From NCBI RefSeq assembly GCF_965247905.1, contig NZ_OZ252047.1:1622845-1686844 (forward strand): a stretch of 64,000 nucleotides of DNA. Reading direction: 5' to 3'. Under the pieces are notes generated by a model. The model was not told the origin of the DNA, did not search any database, and saw nothing but the letters and a program-made list of their open reading frames with translations. Positions 35,386 to 45,919 of this stretch are shown here, piece after piece (position 1 is the stretch's first letter; every line of letters begins with the position of its first letter). Both the position numbers and the translations under genes were made by a program. The stretch is from Candidatus Spongiihabitans sp. GTDB lineage: Bacteria; Pseudomonadota; Gammaproteobacteria; Arenicellales; Poriferihabitantaceae.

Positions 35386-36627
35386 GTGGCGATGAATCTT
35401 TCTTGTGGAAATGTGGTGGCGCGACAGCATGGCGCGATGGAATACAGCGAGCCGCCGGTTGACATAGACCGCGTCCGCAGATACCGCTTGGCGCGCATTC
35501 ACGAGCAATTGCGCCTGCGCGACTACGCCGGCATTTTGCTGTTCGATCCGATAAATTGCAGATATGCCTGCGACGCCACCAACATGCAGGTTTGGTGCGC
35601 GCATTACGAAACCCGATGCGTTTTCATCGCCACGCAAGGCCCGTTGGTTCTTTTTGACTACGGCAACTATCCCCACTTGGCGGAAGGCATTCCGACCATC
35701 GATGAATATCGGGTTCATTCGTCTTTTTATTTTTTCACCGCAGGAAACCGCACGCAGGAAAAAGCGGAAAATTTCGCCGCGCAGATTACCGATTTAATCA
35801 AGCAGCACGGCGGCGGAAATTCGCGCCTTGCCATCGACCGATTGTCGTACACTGGCTGCCAGCCATTGCTTAACCGCGGCATTGTCATCCATGACGGGCA
35901 AGAGATTATGGAGTTGGCGCGGGCAATCAAATCGGCGGAAGAGTTAGTGCTGATGCAGTGTGCAATCGACGTGTGCGAGATTGGCATTGGAAAAATGCGC
36001 GCCGCGCTTGAACCCGGCATCACCGAAAACGCATTGTGGGCGAACCTGCATGAAGCCAATATATCCCTCGGCGGCGAATGGATTGAAACCCGCTTGTTGT
36101 CCTCGGGGCCACGAACCTACCCGTGGTTTCGGGAATGTTCGATGCGGGTCATCGCCCGCGGCGAGATGGTCAGTTTCGATACGGATTTGATCGGCCCTTA
36201 TGGCTATTGCGCGGATATGTCGCGCAGCTGGGTGTGCGGCGACAAACCCAGCGCCGAGCAACGCCGAATATACGCCTTGGCGTATGAGCAAATTCAGCAC
36301 AACAAATCCGTAATCAAGCCGGGCATGACTTTCCGTGAAGTTTCAGAAGCCGCGTGGAAAATCCCGGCGGAGTTTGCCGATGACAAATACGGCTCGATCA
36401 TCCACGGCGTCGGCCTGGCCGACGAATATCCGAGCATCAAGCACCTCAGCGACTATGCGGAAAAAGGCTATGATGGGATGATCGCGGAAAACATGACTCT
36501 GTGCGTGGAGTCCTATATCGGCAGCGAAAAGTCCGGCGAAGGGGTCAAACTCGAAGAGCAGGTGCTGGTAACAAAAGAGGGTGTAAGACAGTTGACCCGC
36601 TATCCGATGGAGATGGACTGGTTGTAG
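35386..36627 (+). CDS. M24 family metallopeptidase-fold hydrolase (creatinase/prolidase-like)
   Basis: pita-bread fold motifs (FDTDLIGPYGYCADMSR, HGVGLADEYPSI, CVESYIG); the true start may be ATG 35392 or 35437. Confidence 0.7.
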   Translation: MAMNLSCGNVVARQHGAMEYSEPPVDIDRVRRYRLARIHEQLRLRDYAGILLFDPINCRYACDATNMQVWCAHYETRCVFIATQGPLVLFDYGNYPHLAEGIPTIDEYRVHSSFYFFTAGNRTQEKAENFAAQITDLIKQHGGGNSRLAIDRLSYTGCQPLLNRGIVIHDGQEIMELARAIKSAEELVLMQCAIDVCEIGIGKMRAALEPGITENALWANLHEANISLGGEWIETRLLSSGPRTYPWFRECSMRVIARGEMVSFDTDLIGPYGYCADMSRSWVCGDKPSAEQRRIYALAYEQIQHNKSVIKPGMTFREVSEAAWKIPAEFADDKYGSIIHGVGLADEYPSIKHLSDYAEKGYDGMIAENMTLCVESYIGSEKSGEGVKLEEQVLVTKEGVRQLTRYPMEMDWL

Positions 36628-36741
36628 GCTTGGTTATAGAACTGATCATAGGAGTGGTTATAATGAAGTGCGTCTGGTTTTTATGCACGGCTGCCTGGCA
36701 ACCTATCACGGTCGGAATTATTTCGCACCCGGCTTAAAAAC

Positions 36742-37278
36742 ATGATCGAAATACGACCAACCAACCCGATTGATGTTGGCGTTCGAGCCTTGATTTCTGA
36801 ATTGGATGACTATCATCGGGCAATCTACCCGGAACCATCAAACCATTTGGACCCTGCCAAACAATTAGTTAAGCCCAATGTCTGTTTTGTCGGCGCGTAC
36901 GATGAACATGGCCATGAAAATAACTTGCTCGGCATTGGGGCGATAAAGTATTTATGCCACGATTGTGACTATGGCGAGATTAAAAGGGTCTACGTCAGGG
37001 CAGCAGAGCGCGGCCAGGGTATATCCAAACTTATCATGGCGTATCTTGAAAATGATGCGCGTAAAAAAGGCGTCAAAATTGTGCGACTTGAAACCGGCAT
37101 CCATCAACTTGAAGCCATTGGTTTATATGAAAAATCGAACTATCGCCACCGCGCCTGCTTCGGCGATTATACGGAGGATCCGCTGTCGGTTTTTATGGAA
37201 AAAATTTTGACCAAGACACTACTCGGCGAAAATCCCGCCAGGCCCGGCTTCAATCGCAATCAAGCCTCGTTGCTGTGA
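36742..37278 (+). CDS. GNAT family N-acetyltransferase
   Basis: acetyl-CoA binding motif RGQGISKLIMAYLENDARKKG. Confidence 0.8.
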   Translation: MIEIRPTNPIDVGVRALISELDDYHRAIYPEPSNHLDPAKQLVKPNVCFVGAYDEHGHENNLLGIGAIKYLCHDCDYGEIKRVYVRAAERGQGISKLIMAYLENDARKKGVKIVRLETGIHQLEAIGLYEKSNYRHRACFGDYTEDPLSVFMEKILTKTLLGENPARPGFNRNQASLL

Positions 37279-37420
37279 AAGTTAATGGGACAGCAGTGAA
37301 GCGACACATGCTGGTGACAATGCCTTATAATGATGCGATGATGATTTTGGGGGCGAGGTGATGCGCAGAGCATACAATCGGTAAGACAATCTCGCCAGAC
37401 ATCTATTACGGGGAAAAACG

Positions 37421-38773
37421 ATGAGTAAATTGCGTGAATTTATTATAAAAGATGTGCGCTGTTTTGAAGGAGAACAGCGGGCAAATATTCGCCCCATCAC
37501 TCTGCTCGTTGGTGAAAACAGTACCGGCAAAACCTCTTTCCTGGGAAGTTATCGAGCATTACATCAGGTATTGAATGGCCATCAATATGCTCCCACGATG
37601 CTGTGGCATTTAAATTTCAATGTGGAACCCTTTCAGATGGGCGCATTCAGGGATATTTATAGATCAAAGCGAGGGAAATCTAACGGGAGAGACGATTTTA
37701 TGTTGGGTTGTAGCATGGATGATGGAAACAACAAGCACGATATTTTTCTGCGATTCACTGAAAAAGGGTTTGAACCAGCGATTACATCTTTGCGTTTCCA
37801 AATATCTGAGAAATCTTATCTAGAAATACAGATTACTCAGGACCAAAATATTATTCTAAAAATCCCAGGTCACACTATAAAAGCAAAGAGAACAAGATTT
37901 CATTATGATGAACTTTATTTATTTTTTATTCTTCTTGGAAGAGGTTTTTACCCACCAGATAAGGAAAGAATTTTAAACATAATAGACATCGAAGAAAAAG
38001 AAGCTGACATATTAAATAAGTTTTTGAGTGAAAAATTAGCAATTCACCATGCAGCGAATTCAATAACTAACATTAAACCTTATTGGCTTGGGGAGGAAAA
38101 ATCAATTGCTCCCTTGCGATCAAAACCAAAACGCACCTACGACCCAATCACTGAAGTTTCTACTCCAGAGGGCGATCATATTCCCATGCTGATGATGCGC
38201 TTGCTACGCACTAAAGATAAAAAGTGGGATACGTTGCACGAGGATTTAGTGGAGTTCGGCAATCAATCTGGCTTGTTTTCTGATATTAAAATCAAGGGCC
38301 ACGGTAAACAGATCAATGATTCCTTCCAGTTGCGGGTGAAAGTTAGAACAGGACCTCAGTCCAACATCATAGATGTCGGTTACGGAGTTAATCAGATACT
38401 ACCTATTCTGGTTGAAATCATACACTCAAGTCGAACAACGTTTCTATTGCAGCAACCAGAGGTACACCTGCATCCACGCGCACAAGCAGAGTTTTCCACC
38501 TTCCTGGCTAAATCTGTATCCAAGAAAGGACATTCCTTCTTAATTGAGACGCACAGCGACTACATCATTGACAGAATGCGGATATCAGTGCGTGATGGAA
38601 TTATAAAAAACCCCGATGATGTATCCATTTTGTATTTTGATCCAGAGAAAAGGGGAGGGTCTGTAAAGATTCACAACATTAAAGTAGATAAGCAAGGGAA
38701 TCTCATTGATACCCCTCCAGGCTACCGAGACTTCTTTATGAAAGAGAGCGATAAATTACTTGGTTTTTCATAA
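37421..38773 (+). CDS. ABC/AAA_21-type ATPase (stand-alone, soluble)
   Basis: Walker A GENSTGKTS, Walker B-like LLQQPEVHLHP, H-loop LIETHSD; no TM or substrate domain. Confidence 0.8.
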   Translation: MSKLREFIIKDVRCFEGEQRANIRPITLLVGENSTGKTSFLGSYRALHQVLNGHQYAPTMLWHLNFNVEPFQMGAFRDIYRSKRGKSNGRDDFMLGCSMDDGNNKHDIFLRFTEKGFEPAITSLRFQISEKSYLEIQITQDQNIILKIPGHTIKAKRTRFHYDELYLFFILLGRGFYPPDKERILNIIDIEEKEADILNKFLSEKLAIHHAANSITNIKPYWLGEEKSIAPLRSKPKRTYDPITEVSTPEGDHIPMLMMRLLRTKDKKWDTLHEDLVEFGNQSGLFSDIKIKGHGKQINDSFQLRVKVRTGPQSNIIDVGYGVNQILPILVEIIHSSRTTFLLQQPEVHLHPRAQAEFSTFLAKSVSKKGHSFLIETHSDYIIDRMRISVRDGIIKNPDDVSILYFDPEKRGGSVKIHNIKVDKQGNLIDTPPGYRDFFMKESDKLLGFS

Positions 38774-38786
38774 CGAGACTGTGGCC

Positions 38787-39227
38787 ATGTGCATCATTAT
38801 TGACACGAATAAAATACATGATTTCCTGAAAGATCCCCCATCGGATGATACGCAACCCATACACATTTGGCTTGCTCAAAAAGGAGGATCATTTGTTTAT
38901 ACCACTGATGGTAAATATGGGGAAGAATTAAAAACGGTCAAATACAGACTTTTAGAGTATGTTCGAAAAGGGCAAGCAAGAGTATTCACCGAAAAACAAA
39001 CTGCACCGGAAAAAGAGCACTTGGAAAATCTCGGACAACATATATCTAATGATATTCATATTCTTGCGCTTGCCAAAGCAAGCGGTGCACGGCTTCTTTA
39101 CACTGGAGATAAAGATCTGATGGCTGACTTCAAAAAGAAGGCAATTATCGATCCCAGGGGGAAAATATATTCTGGTAGCGGACACAAAAACCTTCTCAAG
39201 AAGGATTTATGCAAACGATCATTTTGA
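38787..39227 (+). CDS. PIN-like nuclease domain protein (146 aa)
   Basis: begins MCIIIDTN (first acidic PIN motif) and ends ILALAKASGARLLYTGDKDLMADF (distal acidic motif); ATG lies 13 nt after the ATPase stop (track ORF 38760..39227 uses TTG). Confidence 0.6.
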   Translation: MCIIIDTNKIHDFLKDPPSDDTQPIHIWLAQKGGSFVYTTDGKYGEELKTVKYRLLEYVRKGQARVFTEKQTAPEKEHLENLGQHISNDIHILALAKASGARLLYTGDKDLMADFKKKAIIDPRGKIYSGSGHKNLLKKDLCKRSF

Positions 39228-39345
39228 GTTCTTTCTCAATATTTATATGAGGGGAAAATATGCCGAAAATGACTGTTTTGCGTATTTTGGTGAATACCTA
39301 ACCTTCTGATAAATAAAGAAAATACAAAGAAAATCAGTGTATGAT

Positions 39346-39392
39346 AAGTCAACTTTCCTTATATTGACTTTTCATCCCAGCCCCGCTAAACT
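39346..39392 (+). promoter_or_regulatory. candidate promoter with overlapping inverted repeat upstream of the DUF4143 ATPase gene
   Basis: IR AAGTCAA-N11-TTGACTT; TTGACT 39364-39369; 17-nt spacer; TAAACT 39387-39392. The ATG at 39402 has no Shine-Dalgarno, so the mRNA may be near-leaderless. Confidence 0.3.
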
Positions 39393-39401
39393 CCCGCCAT
39401 T

Positions 39402-40811
39402 ATGCAACCTATCCCCAACGAACAACTCCTGGAGCGCATGCGCATTGAAAATCCGTGGTGGAGTGAGATGCCGTCACAGACAGACCAGATGTATCGCGAC
39501 ATGCGCCCCCGTGCCTATTTTGAGCCCCTTGCCGAACTCGTGGAAGCGGTGGATGTGCGTCGTGCGGTCGTGCTGATGGGTCCGCGGCGCGTAGGCAAAA
39601 CCGTGTTGCTACAACACATCATCCAAAAACTGTTGGACAAAGGCATCCCTGCGCGTTCCATTGCCTATCTATCCCTTGACCAGCCCCTCTATTCCAATCT
39701 TTCCATCGAAGAACTCGCTGGCAAGGTACTGGGAGCCAGCCTATTGGAAAAGGCAGTGCCGGTTTTTCTCTTTCTCGATGAAATCCAATACCTGCGGGAT
39801 TGGGAGCGGCACTTGAAGGCGTTTGTCGATGTACATCCGCACATCAAATGCGTAGTATCCGGTTCGGCGGCGGCAGCCTTGCGACTCAAAAGCATTGAGT
39901 CTGGCGCCGGTCGCTTCACCGATTTTTTTCTGCCACCACTGACCTTCTATGAGTATCTGGATTTACAAGAAATCAATGTACCGATTGAACTAAAAAAAGA
40001 CATGTGGACTCTTGAGGAAGGCTTTATCGAGACACTCAACGAGCACTTCATCCGCTACATCCAAATCGGTGGTTACCCCGAAATTGTTTTTTCCGAAACC
40101 ATCCAACAGGACATGGGCCGTTATGTCCGAAGCGACATCATCGACAAGGTATTGCTACGCGACCTGCCGAGCCTTTATGGTATTCAAGATATACAGGAAC
40201 TCAACTCTCTGTTCATGTCCCTTGCCTGGAACACCGCTCAGGAAGTATCACTGGACAAACTTTCGCAAAACTCTGGTGTTACCAAACCCACGCTCAAACG
40301 TTATCTGGAATATCTGGAAGCCGCGTTTCTAATCAAAACCGTTCACCGAATAGATCAAAATGCCAAACGCTTCAAGCGCGTCAATTTTTTCAAGGTGTAT
40401 CTAACCAATCCTTCCATCCATTGTGCCCTGTTTGGGTCATCAACAAACCAAGAACCATCGGGAGCACTGATCGAAACCGCGGTATTCGCTCAGTTGTTTC
40501 ATTTGAAAGACCAAGTGCTTCACTATGCGAGATGGAAGGGCGGCGAAGTAGACATGGTGTTCCTTAATGAGCGCGGGCATCCCGACGGATGTTTGGAAGT
40601 CAAATGGTCTGACAATAATATCGAGCAATGGCAAAAGCGCGGACCCTTGCGGATATTTCTCAAGAAACATCCAAACATGCATGCTTGTTCTTTTACTACA
40701 CGCACCAAAACTGGGCAATTTGATATAGGAAACCAAAAGATGATGTACCTTCCCACCAGCCTGTATTGTTATCTTGTTGGCCTCCGCCTCGCACCGGATT
40801 TTTCCTTATGA
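39402..40811 (+). CDS. AAA+ ATPase (AAA_14 + DUF4143 type)
   Basis: Walker A GPRRVGKT, Walker [10 protein letters not shown], conserved C-terminal DUF4143-like region; stop overlaps the mod ATG (ATGA). Confidence 0.8.
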   Translation: MQPIPNEQLLERMRIENPWWSEMPSQTDQMYRDMRPRAYFEPLAELVEAVDVRRAVVLMGPRRVGKTVLLQHIIQKLLDKGIPARSIAYLSLDQPLYSNLSIEELAGKVLGASLLEKAVPVFLFLDEIQYLRDWERHLKAFVDVHPHIKCVVSGSAAAALRLKSIESGAGRFTDFFLPPLTFYEYLDLQEINVPIELKKDMWTLEEGFIETLNEHFIRYIQIGGYPEIVFSETIQQDMGRYVRSDIIDKVLLRDLPSLYGIQDIQELNSLFMSLAWNTAQEVSLDKLSQNSGVTKPTLKRYLEYLEAAFLIKTVHRIDQNAKRFKRVNFFKVYLTNPSIHCALFGSSTNQEPSGALIETAVFAQLFHLKDQVLHYARWKGGEVDMVFLNERGHPDGCLEVKWSDNNIEQWQKRGPLRIFLKKHPNMHACSFTTRTKTGQFDIGNQKMMYLPTSLYCYLVGLRLAPDFSL

Positions 40812-42949
40812 ACCTCACGCCCAACGAAAAGCGTGACGCGATAAAGAGCATTGAATCGGGCAAGCCCTTGCCGGATAAGTATCGTTTCCTGCTGTTTGAT
40901 GACAAGCGCGAGGTGGAACTGGTGTGGAACGGCAAGAGCAACGAGGTGTGCAATGTGGTGCTGCCGTTTCAGGTGATTGAGCAAGTGGACGAGCCGCGTG
41001 CGGAGAAGCCGGAGGATGCGGCATTGCAACAGGATATGTTCGACACCGATGCACGCGGGCGGCAACTGACCGGCTGGAGCAACAAACTCATCTGGGGCGA
41101 CAACAAGTTGATCCTGTCGTCCTTGAAAAACGGTCCCCTGCGCGAGGAAATTGAAGCCCAGGGCGGCATCAAATTGATTTACATTGATCCACCGTTTGAT
41201 GTGGGTGCGGATTTTTCCATGGACATCGCCATCGGTGACGACACCTTCACCAAGAAACCGAATGTGCTGGAGGAACTCGCCTACCGCGACACCTGGGGCA
41301 AGGGCGCGGATTCGTTCATCGCCATGATTCACGAGCGGCTGGTGTTGATGCGCGACCTGCTCGCCGAGGACGGCAGTATTTATGTGCATTGCGATTGGCG
41401 GGTGAATAGTTATATTCGGTTGGTGATGGATGAGGTGTTTGGTAAAAACTGTTTTGTAAATCAGATTGAGTGGAGCTACAAGACTGGTGGCATACCTGAG
41501 ATCGTAGGGTTTTTAAAAAAGCACGATCATATTCTTTTTTATTCGCAATCTGAATCACCTATTTTCAATCAGCTACGGCAAAAGTCGTATGTTCCCACCT
41601 TGCCAGAACCTCATACAAATTCCGGTAAACGACTCAGGGTGAAGCGTGACACAGTTTGCGAGCTTTGTGAAAATGGAAACCCCGGTCAAAAATACAGAAT
41701 GGTGATAGCACGGGACATCTGGGACGACATTTCATCAATCTTTAGGAATGATTCGCAAGCTACTGGATATGCTACTCAAAAACCCGAAGCCCTGCTCGAA
41801 CGCATCATCAAAGCATCCTCCAACGAAAACGACATCGTCGCCGACTTCTTCTGCGGTTCTGGCACCACCGCGGCTGTGGCGGAAAAACTGGGGCGTAAAT
41901 GGATCGTCTCCGACCTCGGCAAGTTCGCCATACATACCACGCGCAAACGCATGATTGGCGTGCAGCGACAACGCAAAGAAGCAAAGCAGGATTACCGCGC
42001 CTTTGAGATTCTCAACCTCGGCAAATACGAACGCCAACATTACATCGGCGTCAATCCCGGCCTGCGTCCCGAACAGCAACAACAGCAAATCGCCGCCAAG
42101 TCGCGGGAATATCAGGCATTGATTTTGAAAGCCTACGCCGCGCAACCGGTAGCCCAGTCCGGCGTGTTCCACGGCAAAAAGGCCGGGCGCATGGTCGCCA
42201 TCGGGCCCATCAACCTGCCGGTGACACGCCTGTTCGTGGAAGAGATTATTTTGGAATGTCGCAAGCAACGCATCACCCGTGCCGACATCCTCGCCTTTGA
42301 ATTTGAAATGGGTTTGTTCCCGCAAATCATGGACGAGGCGAAAAACAAAGGCATCAATCTGGCGATGAAATACATCCCCGCAGAGGTGTTTGATAAACGT
42401 GCGATGGAGCGGGAGCAGGTGGTGTTCCACGATGTGTCGTTCGTTGAAGTCAAGGCGCATGTCGTCAAGGGCAAAGGCAAGGGAAAGAGCAAGATGCCCG
42501 CCACCGTAACGGTGGAGTTGACCGATTTCTCGGTGCATTATTCTCAAGACCCAAACGCCGCAGCAACGCTTAAAAACGGCAAGCACAAGGTTGTCGTCGA
42601 GCAAGGGCAGATCTTGCGCATCAGCAAAGACAAAACTGGTAACATCTCCCGCGAGGTATTAACCCGAGAATGGACCGACTGGATAGATTACTGGGCGGTG
42701 GATTTTGACTTTGAAAACAAACGAGAAATCATCCGCGTGCGGGATGAAGAAAGCGGCGAGACCGAAGAACGGTGGAGCGGCGACTACATCTTTGAAAACG
42801 AATGGCAAAGTTTTCGCACCAAAAAAGACCGCAGCCTGGAACTAAAAAGCGCAACGCACGAATGTAGCCCAGGACGCCGCAAAATCGCAGTGAAAGTGGT
42901 GGATATTTTTGGCAATGACACGATGAAGATTGTGGAGGTGACGGTATGA
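40808..42949 (+). CDS. mod: type III restriction-modification methyltransferase (Mod-like, N6-adenine)
   Basis: motif [12 protein letters not shown] precedes motif [22 protein letters not shown]; start at ATG 40808 (MNLTPNEK). Confidence 0.85.
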   Translation: MNLTPNEKRDAIKSIESGKPLPDKYRFLLFDDKREVELVWNGKSNEVCNVVLPFQVIEQVDEPRAEKPEDAALQQDMFDTDARGRQLTGWSNKLIWGDNKLILSSLKNGPLREEIEAQGGIKLIYIDPPFDVGADFSMDIAIGDDTFTKKPNVLEELAYRDTWGKGADSFIAMIHERLVLMRDLLAEDGSIYVHCDWRVNSYIRLVMDEVFGKNCFVNQIEWSYKTGGIPEIVGFLKKHDHILFYSQSESPIFNQLRQKSYVPTLPEPHTNSGKRLRVKRDTVCELCENGNPGQKYRMVIARDIWDDISSIFRNDSQATGYATQKPEALLERIIKASSNENDIVADFFCGSGTTAAVAEKLGRKWIVSDLGKFAIHTTRKRMIGVQRQRKEAKQDYRAFEILNLGKYERQHYIGVNPGLRPEQQQQQIAAKSREYQALILKAYAAQPVAQSGVFHGKKAGRMVAIGPINLPVTRLFVEEIILECRKQRITRADILAFEFEMGLFPQIMDEAKNKGINLAMKYIPAEVFDKRAMEREQVVFHDVSFVEVKAHVVKGKGKGKSKMPATVTVELTDFSVHYSQDPNAAATLKNGKHKVVVEQGQILRISKDKTGNISREVLTREWTDWIDYWAVDFDFENKREIIRVRDEESGETEERWSGDYIFENEWQSFRTKKDRSLELKSATHECSPGRRKIAVKVVDIFGNDTMKIVEVTV
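42902..42949 (+). repeat. 48-bp direct repeat, copy 1 (3' end of mod)
   Basis: GATATTTTTGGCAATGACACGATGAAGATTGTGGAGGTGACGGTATGA; one mismatch to 44521-44568. Confidence 0.9.
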
Positions 42950-44568
42950 AAATCAAAAGCATACATCTTAAAGAATTCAAGCGATTCACTGACTTAAAAA
43001 TCACCGGCCTGCCTGACACTGCTAAACTTGTTGTTCTGCTTGGCCCGAATGGTTGCGGGAAGTCTTCCGTGTTTGACGCGATTTATGCTTTCGCAAGTAT
43101 GAACCATTACGGGCTAGAAAATCAATGGCGGGACTATTATGGAAAAGAAAGCATTCAGGACGCTGGCAACATGCAAAGTGGGGGAGGAATAAATGAACGA
43201 ACTAAGATTGAGTTTCACGAAGAAGCTCCCACGGATCCAGAGGAATGGCGGAGAGCCGTTTATCCGCGAACCGCTTATCGACATGTTTCCTCTTTTGATC
43301 AGCAACAGCTTTCCCGAATTCTTCCTGTCTTGGAAGAACGTAGATTTTCTCGTTTCTCTCAAGATGATAAGGCAGCAGACAATAACTATATCCGGCTTAT
43401 TTCTAAAGGATTTCAAGATGCCTTTGAAAAAGAGAATCCCAAAACAACAATGGAGAAGTTTCGGCGCAACGTCATAGGAGAAATAGCGGACAACCTGAAA
43501 AAAATGTTCCCGGATTTAGTCCTCAAAAGTTTAGGGAATCCGCTTGAAAGTGCCAGCACTTTTAGATTTGACAAGGGAGTCTCACAGGGATTTTCGTATG
43601 AGAATCTATCAGGTGGGGAAAAGGCGGCATTTGACTTAATTCTTGATTTAGTTATTAAACGAACTGCATTTAACAATACCGTGTATTGCATTGATGAACC
43701 AGAAGCGCACATGAGTACCCGCCTGCAAAAAGATTTGTTAGCTTGTCTTTACGAACTCATCCCTGAATATTGCCAACTCTGGATTGCCACGCATTCCATT
43801 GGGATGATACGCAAGGCACGGGAATTTCAGCAAGAAAATCCTTCGGCAGTAGCGTTTTTAGATTTTGATGATAGGGATTTTGATAAGCCCGAAACTATTA
43901 CTCCGGTTGTACCCACTCGAGCATTCTGGCAAAAAACATATGAAATCGCGCTTGATGATCTGGCTAAATTAGTTGTGCCGAAACGGATAATTCTTTGTGA
44001 GGGGGAGCCGGGCAAAGATGGTTTTGATGCACGTTGCTATAACCAAATATTCGGCAAGGAATTTCATGACACACTGTTCGTATCCGCTAAAGGTAGTGGA
44101 AATGTCAAAAATCTTAGATCAGTTATCCAGGCCATAGCAGAAAACGCGGAAGTGATTCCTTTAATTGACCGGGATGAAATGACCAACGGTGAGCGGAATC
44201 AAGCGCGACAAGAGGGAGTGTTAGTTTTAAATCGGCGTGCCCTGGAGAATTATCTCATTGACGATGAAGTTATTCATCGTTGGTGTGAAGAATATGTGGG
44301 AATAGAAAAGGCAAGCGATTTAATTCAACTACGTGATGGTAAAATTGAAAACGGAAACATATGCAATGGTAAAGTAAAGGAAGCCGCGGAAGCAATCCGT
44401 ATAGCGGCAAAAGACAATTTTGGTATTCCGCAACCTGGGGGAAATTGGCAAGAGTTTGTCTCTGAATTTATGGTGCCGCTGATTACATCTGATACGGCAA
44501 TCTACCAAGAATTGAAAAACGATATTTTTGGCAATGACACGATGAAAATTGTGGAGGTGACGGTATGA
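42946..44568 (+). CDS. ABC-type ATPase fused to a DUF4435/Toprim-like domain (PARIS AriA-AriB-like fusion / OLD-like)
   Basis: Walker [10 protein letters not shown], signature LSGGEK, Walker [17 protein letters not shown]; C-terminal [17 protein letters not shown] ... IPLIDRDE typical of DUF4435. Confidence 0.7.
   Translation: MKIKSIHLKEFKRFTDLKITGLPDTAKLVVLLGPNGCGKSSVFDAIYAFASMNHYGLENQWRDYYGKESIQDAGNMQSGGGINERTKIEFHEEAPTDPEEWRRAVYPRTAYRHVSSFDQQQLSRILPVLEERRFSRFSQDDKAADNNYIRLISKGFQDAFEKENPKTTMEKFRRNVIGEIADNLKKMFPDLVLKSLGNPLESASTFRFDKGVSQGFSYENLSGGEKAAFDLILDLVIKRTAFNNTVYCIDEPEAHMSTRLQKDLLACLYELIPEYCQLWIATHSIGMIRKAREFQQENPSAVAFLDFDDRDFDKPETITPVVPTRAFWQKTYEIALDDLAKLVVPKRIILCEGEPGKDGFDARCYNQIFGKEFHDTLFVSAKGSGNVKNLRSVIQAIAENAEVIPLIDRDEMTNGERNQARQEGVLVLNRRALENYLIDDEVIHRWCEEYVGIEKASDLIQLRDGKIENGNICNGKVKEAAEAIRIAAKDNFGIPQPGGNWQEFVSEFMVPLITSDTAIYQELKNDIFGNDTMKIVEVTV
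44521..44568 (+). repeat. 48-bp direct repeat, copy 2 (3' end of the ATPase-DUF4435 gene)
   Basis: gives both proteins the same C-terminus, [15 protein letters not shown]. Confidence 0.9.
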
Positions 44569-44678
44569 GCGAGCAAATACCAGTCAACCCAAAGATGCTT
44601 CTCTGGGATCGAGAAACGAGCGGATACAACGTTATAAAAGAATTCACCTTGAGGATTAATAATGCTGACCTCTCATGA
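44565..44678 (+). pseudogene. 5' remnant (37 codons) of an HTH/ImmA-type gene formerly coupled to mod
   Basis: [20 protein letters not shown] resembles the INPxxLxWARE N-terminus of XRE/ImmA-family proteins; truncated by the next gene. Confidence 0.35.
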
Positions 44679-45903
44679 CATGCTCGACAAAATCAATGCC
44701 GGTGAAAGCTCAGGGGTAGAATTTAAAGAGGTGGTGATTAGTGGTGGGAAAATAAAAACCACGCACAGAGACCACTTGTCTGACGAATTTGCCGCTTTTG
44801 CCAATCAGTCAGGCGGCGTGGTGATTTTCGGCATTGTAGATGGCACCCATCAAATTAAGGGCATTGATGCCGTAGATATACCGGCTCTGATTACACATAT
44901 CAGCGAAATTTGTCACGATTCCATTGAGCCCCCCATCGTCAATTTTTATGTGGATAGTATACAAATCCCCGAACCGAATGATGAAAATGCAGAAAGGCAT
45001 CTGGTTTATGTGGAGATTGAGCGCAGCCTTTGGCTCCATAACAGCAAGAACGGGTATTTTTACCGGCACGGCAATAGCAAAAGGAAAATGAGCACAGCGC
45101 ACGTTTTGCGGGTAGGTCAAAGCCGTTCCCAAGTGCGTGTCATCAACTTTGATGAACAGTCTGTCCCCAATACCAACCAAGACACGTTGCAAAAAGAATT
45201 ATACATGCGGTTTATCAGCGATGACGACACACAACTATTGTGCAAGCGCAGACTGCTGGTATCAAACAACGATACTTTGAATGCGACAGTTTCCGGGATT
45301 TTGATGTGCAACCCTACACCTGATGGCCACATCTACAACAGTTATATCCAAGCCGTTTTTTATAGAGGTAAGACCAAAGATGCTAACTATCAAAACGACG
45401 CAAAAGATTATCATGGACCCTTAGATAAACAGATAATAGGCGCGTATAATTTTGTTAATCAATACAACCATATTTCCGCAAAAAAAGAGGTTGGCAGAGA
45501 AGAGAAACCACAGTACAGCATGCGAGCTGTATTTGAAGCATTAGTCAATGCGGTAGTGCACCGTGACTACGCTAAACATGGATCAAAAATCCGCCTATTT
45601 ATGTTTTCCGATCGGCTGGAAATATATTCTCCCGGAGCATTGGCGAATACTTTAACTGTTGAAAATATGATTGATAATCAATTTACACGCAATGAACTAC
45701 TATCGCGTCTTTTGTCTGAATTAAAAATTGATGATGGGATGAATGATTCCGTTAATAGAAAGTATTTTTTGGAACGCCGGGGCGAAGGTGTTGGCATCAT
45801 ATTCAACGACACTGAACAACTCAGCGGCAAACGGCCGGTCTATGAATTGATTGGTGAAGAATTAAAATTAACAATCTACGCTGCAAAGTCATTGCAACAA
45901 TGA
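44662..45903 (+). CDS. AlbA_2 (Schlafen-like) DNA-binding domain + HATPase_c_4 domain protein (RecG-like putative regulator)
   Basis: ESSGVEFKE ... FANQSGGVVIFGI N-terminal AlbA_2 motifs; C-terminal FEALVNAVVHRDY. Confidence 0.7.
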   Translation: MLTSHDMLDKINAGESSGVEFKEVVISGGKIKTTHRDHLSDEFAAFANQSGGVVIFGIVDGTHQIKGIDAVDIPALITHISEICHDSIEPPIVNFYVDSIQIPEPNDENAERHLVYVEIERSLWLHNSKNGYFYRHGNSKRKMSTAHVLRVGQSRSQVRVINFDEQSVPNTNQDTLQKELYMRFISDDDTQLLCKRRLLVSNNDTLNATVSGILMCNPTPDGHIYNSYIQAVFYRGKTKDANYQNDAKDYHGPLDKQIIGAYNFVNQYNHISAKKEVGREEKPQYSMRAVFEALVNAVVHRDYAKHGSKIRLFMFSDRLEIYSPGALANTLTVENMIDNQFTRNELLSRLLSELKIDDGMNDSVNRKYFLERRGEGVGIIFNDTEQLSGKRPVYELIGEELKLTIYAAKSLQQ

Positions 45904-45919
45904 ACATTGCTCGTAACTT

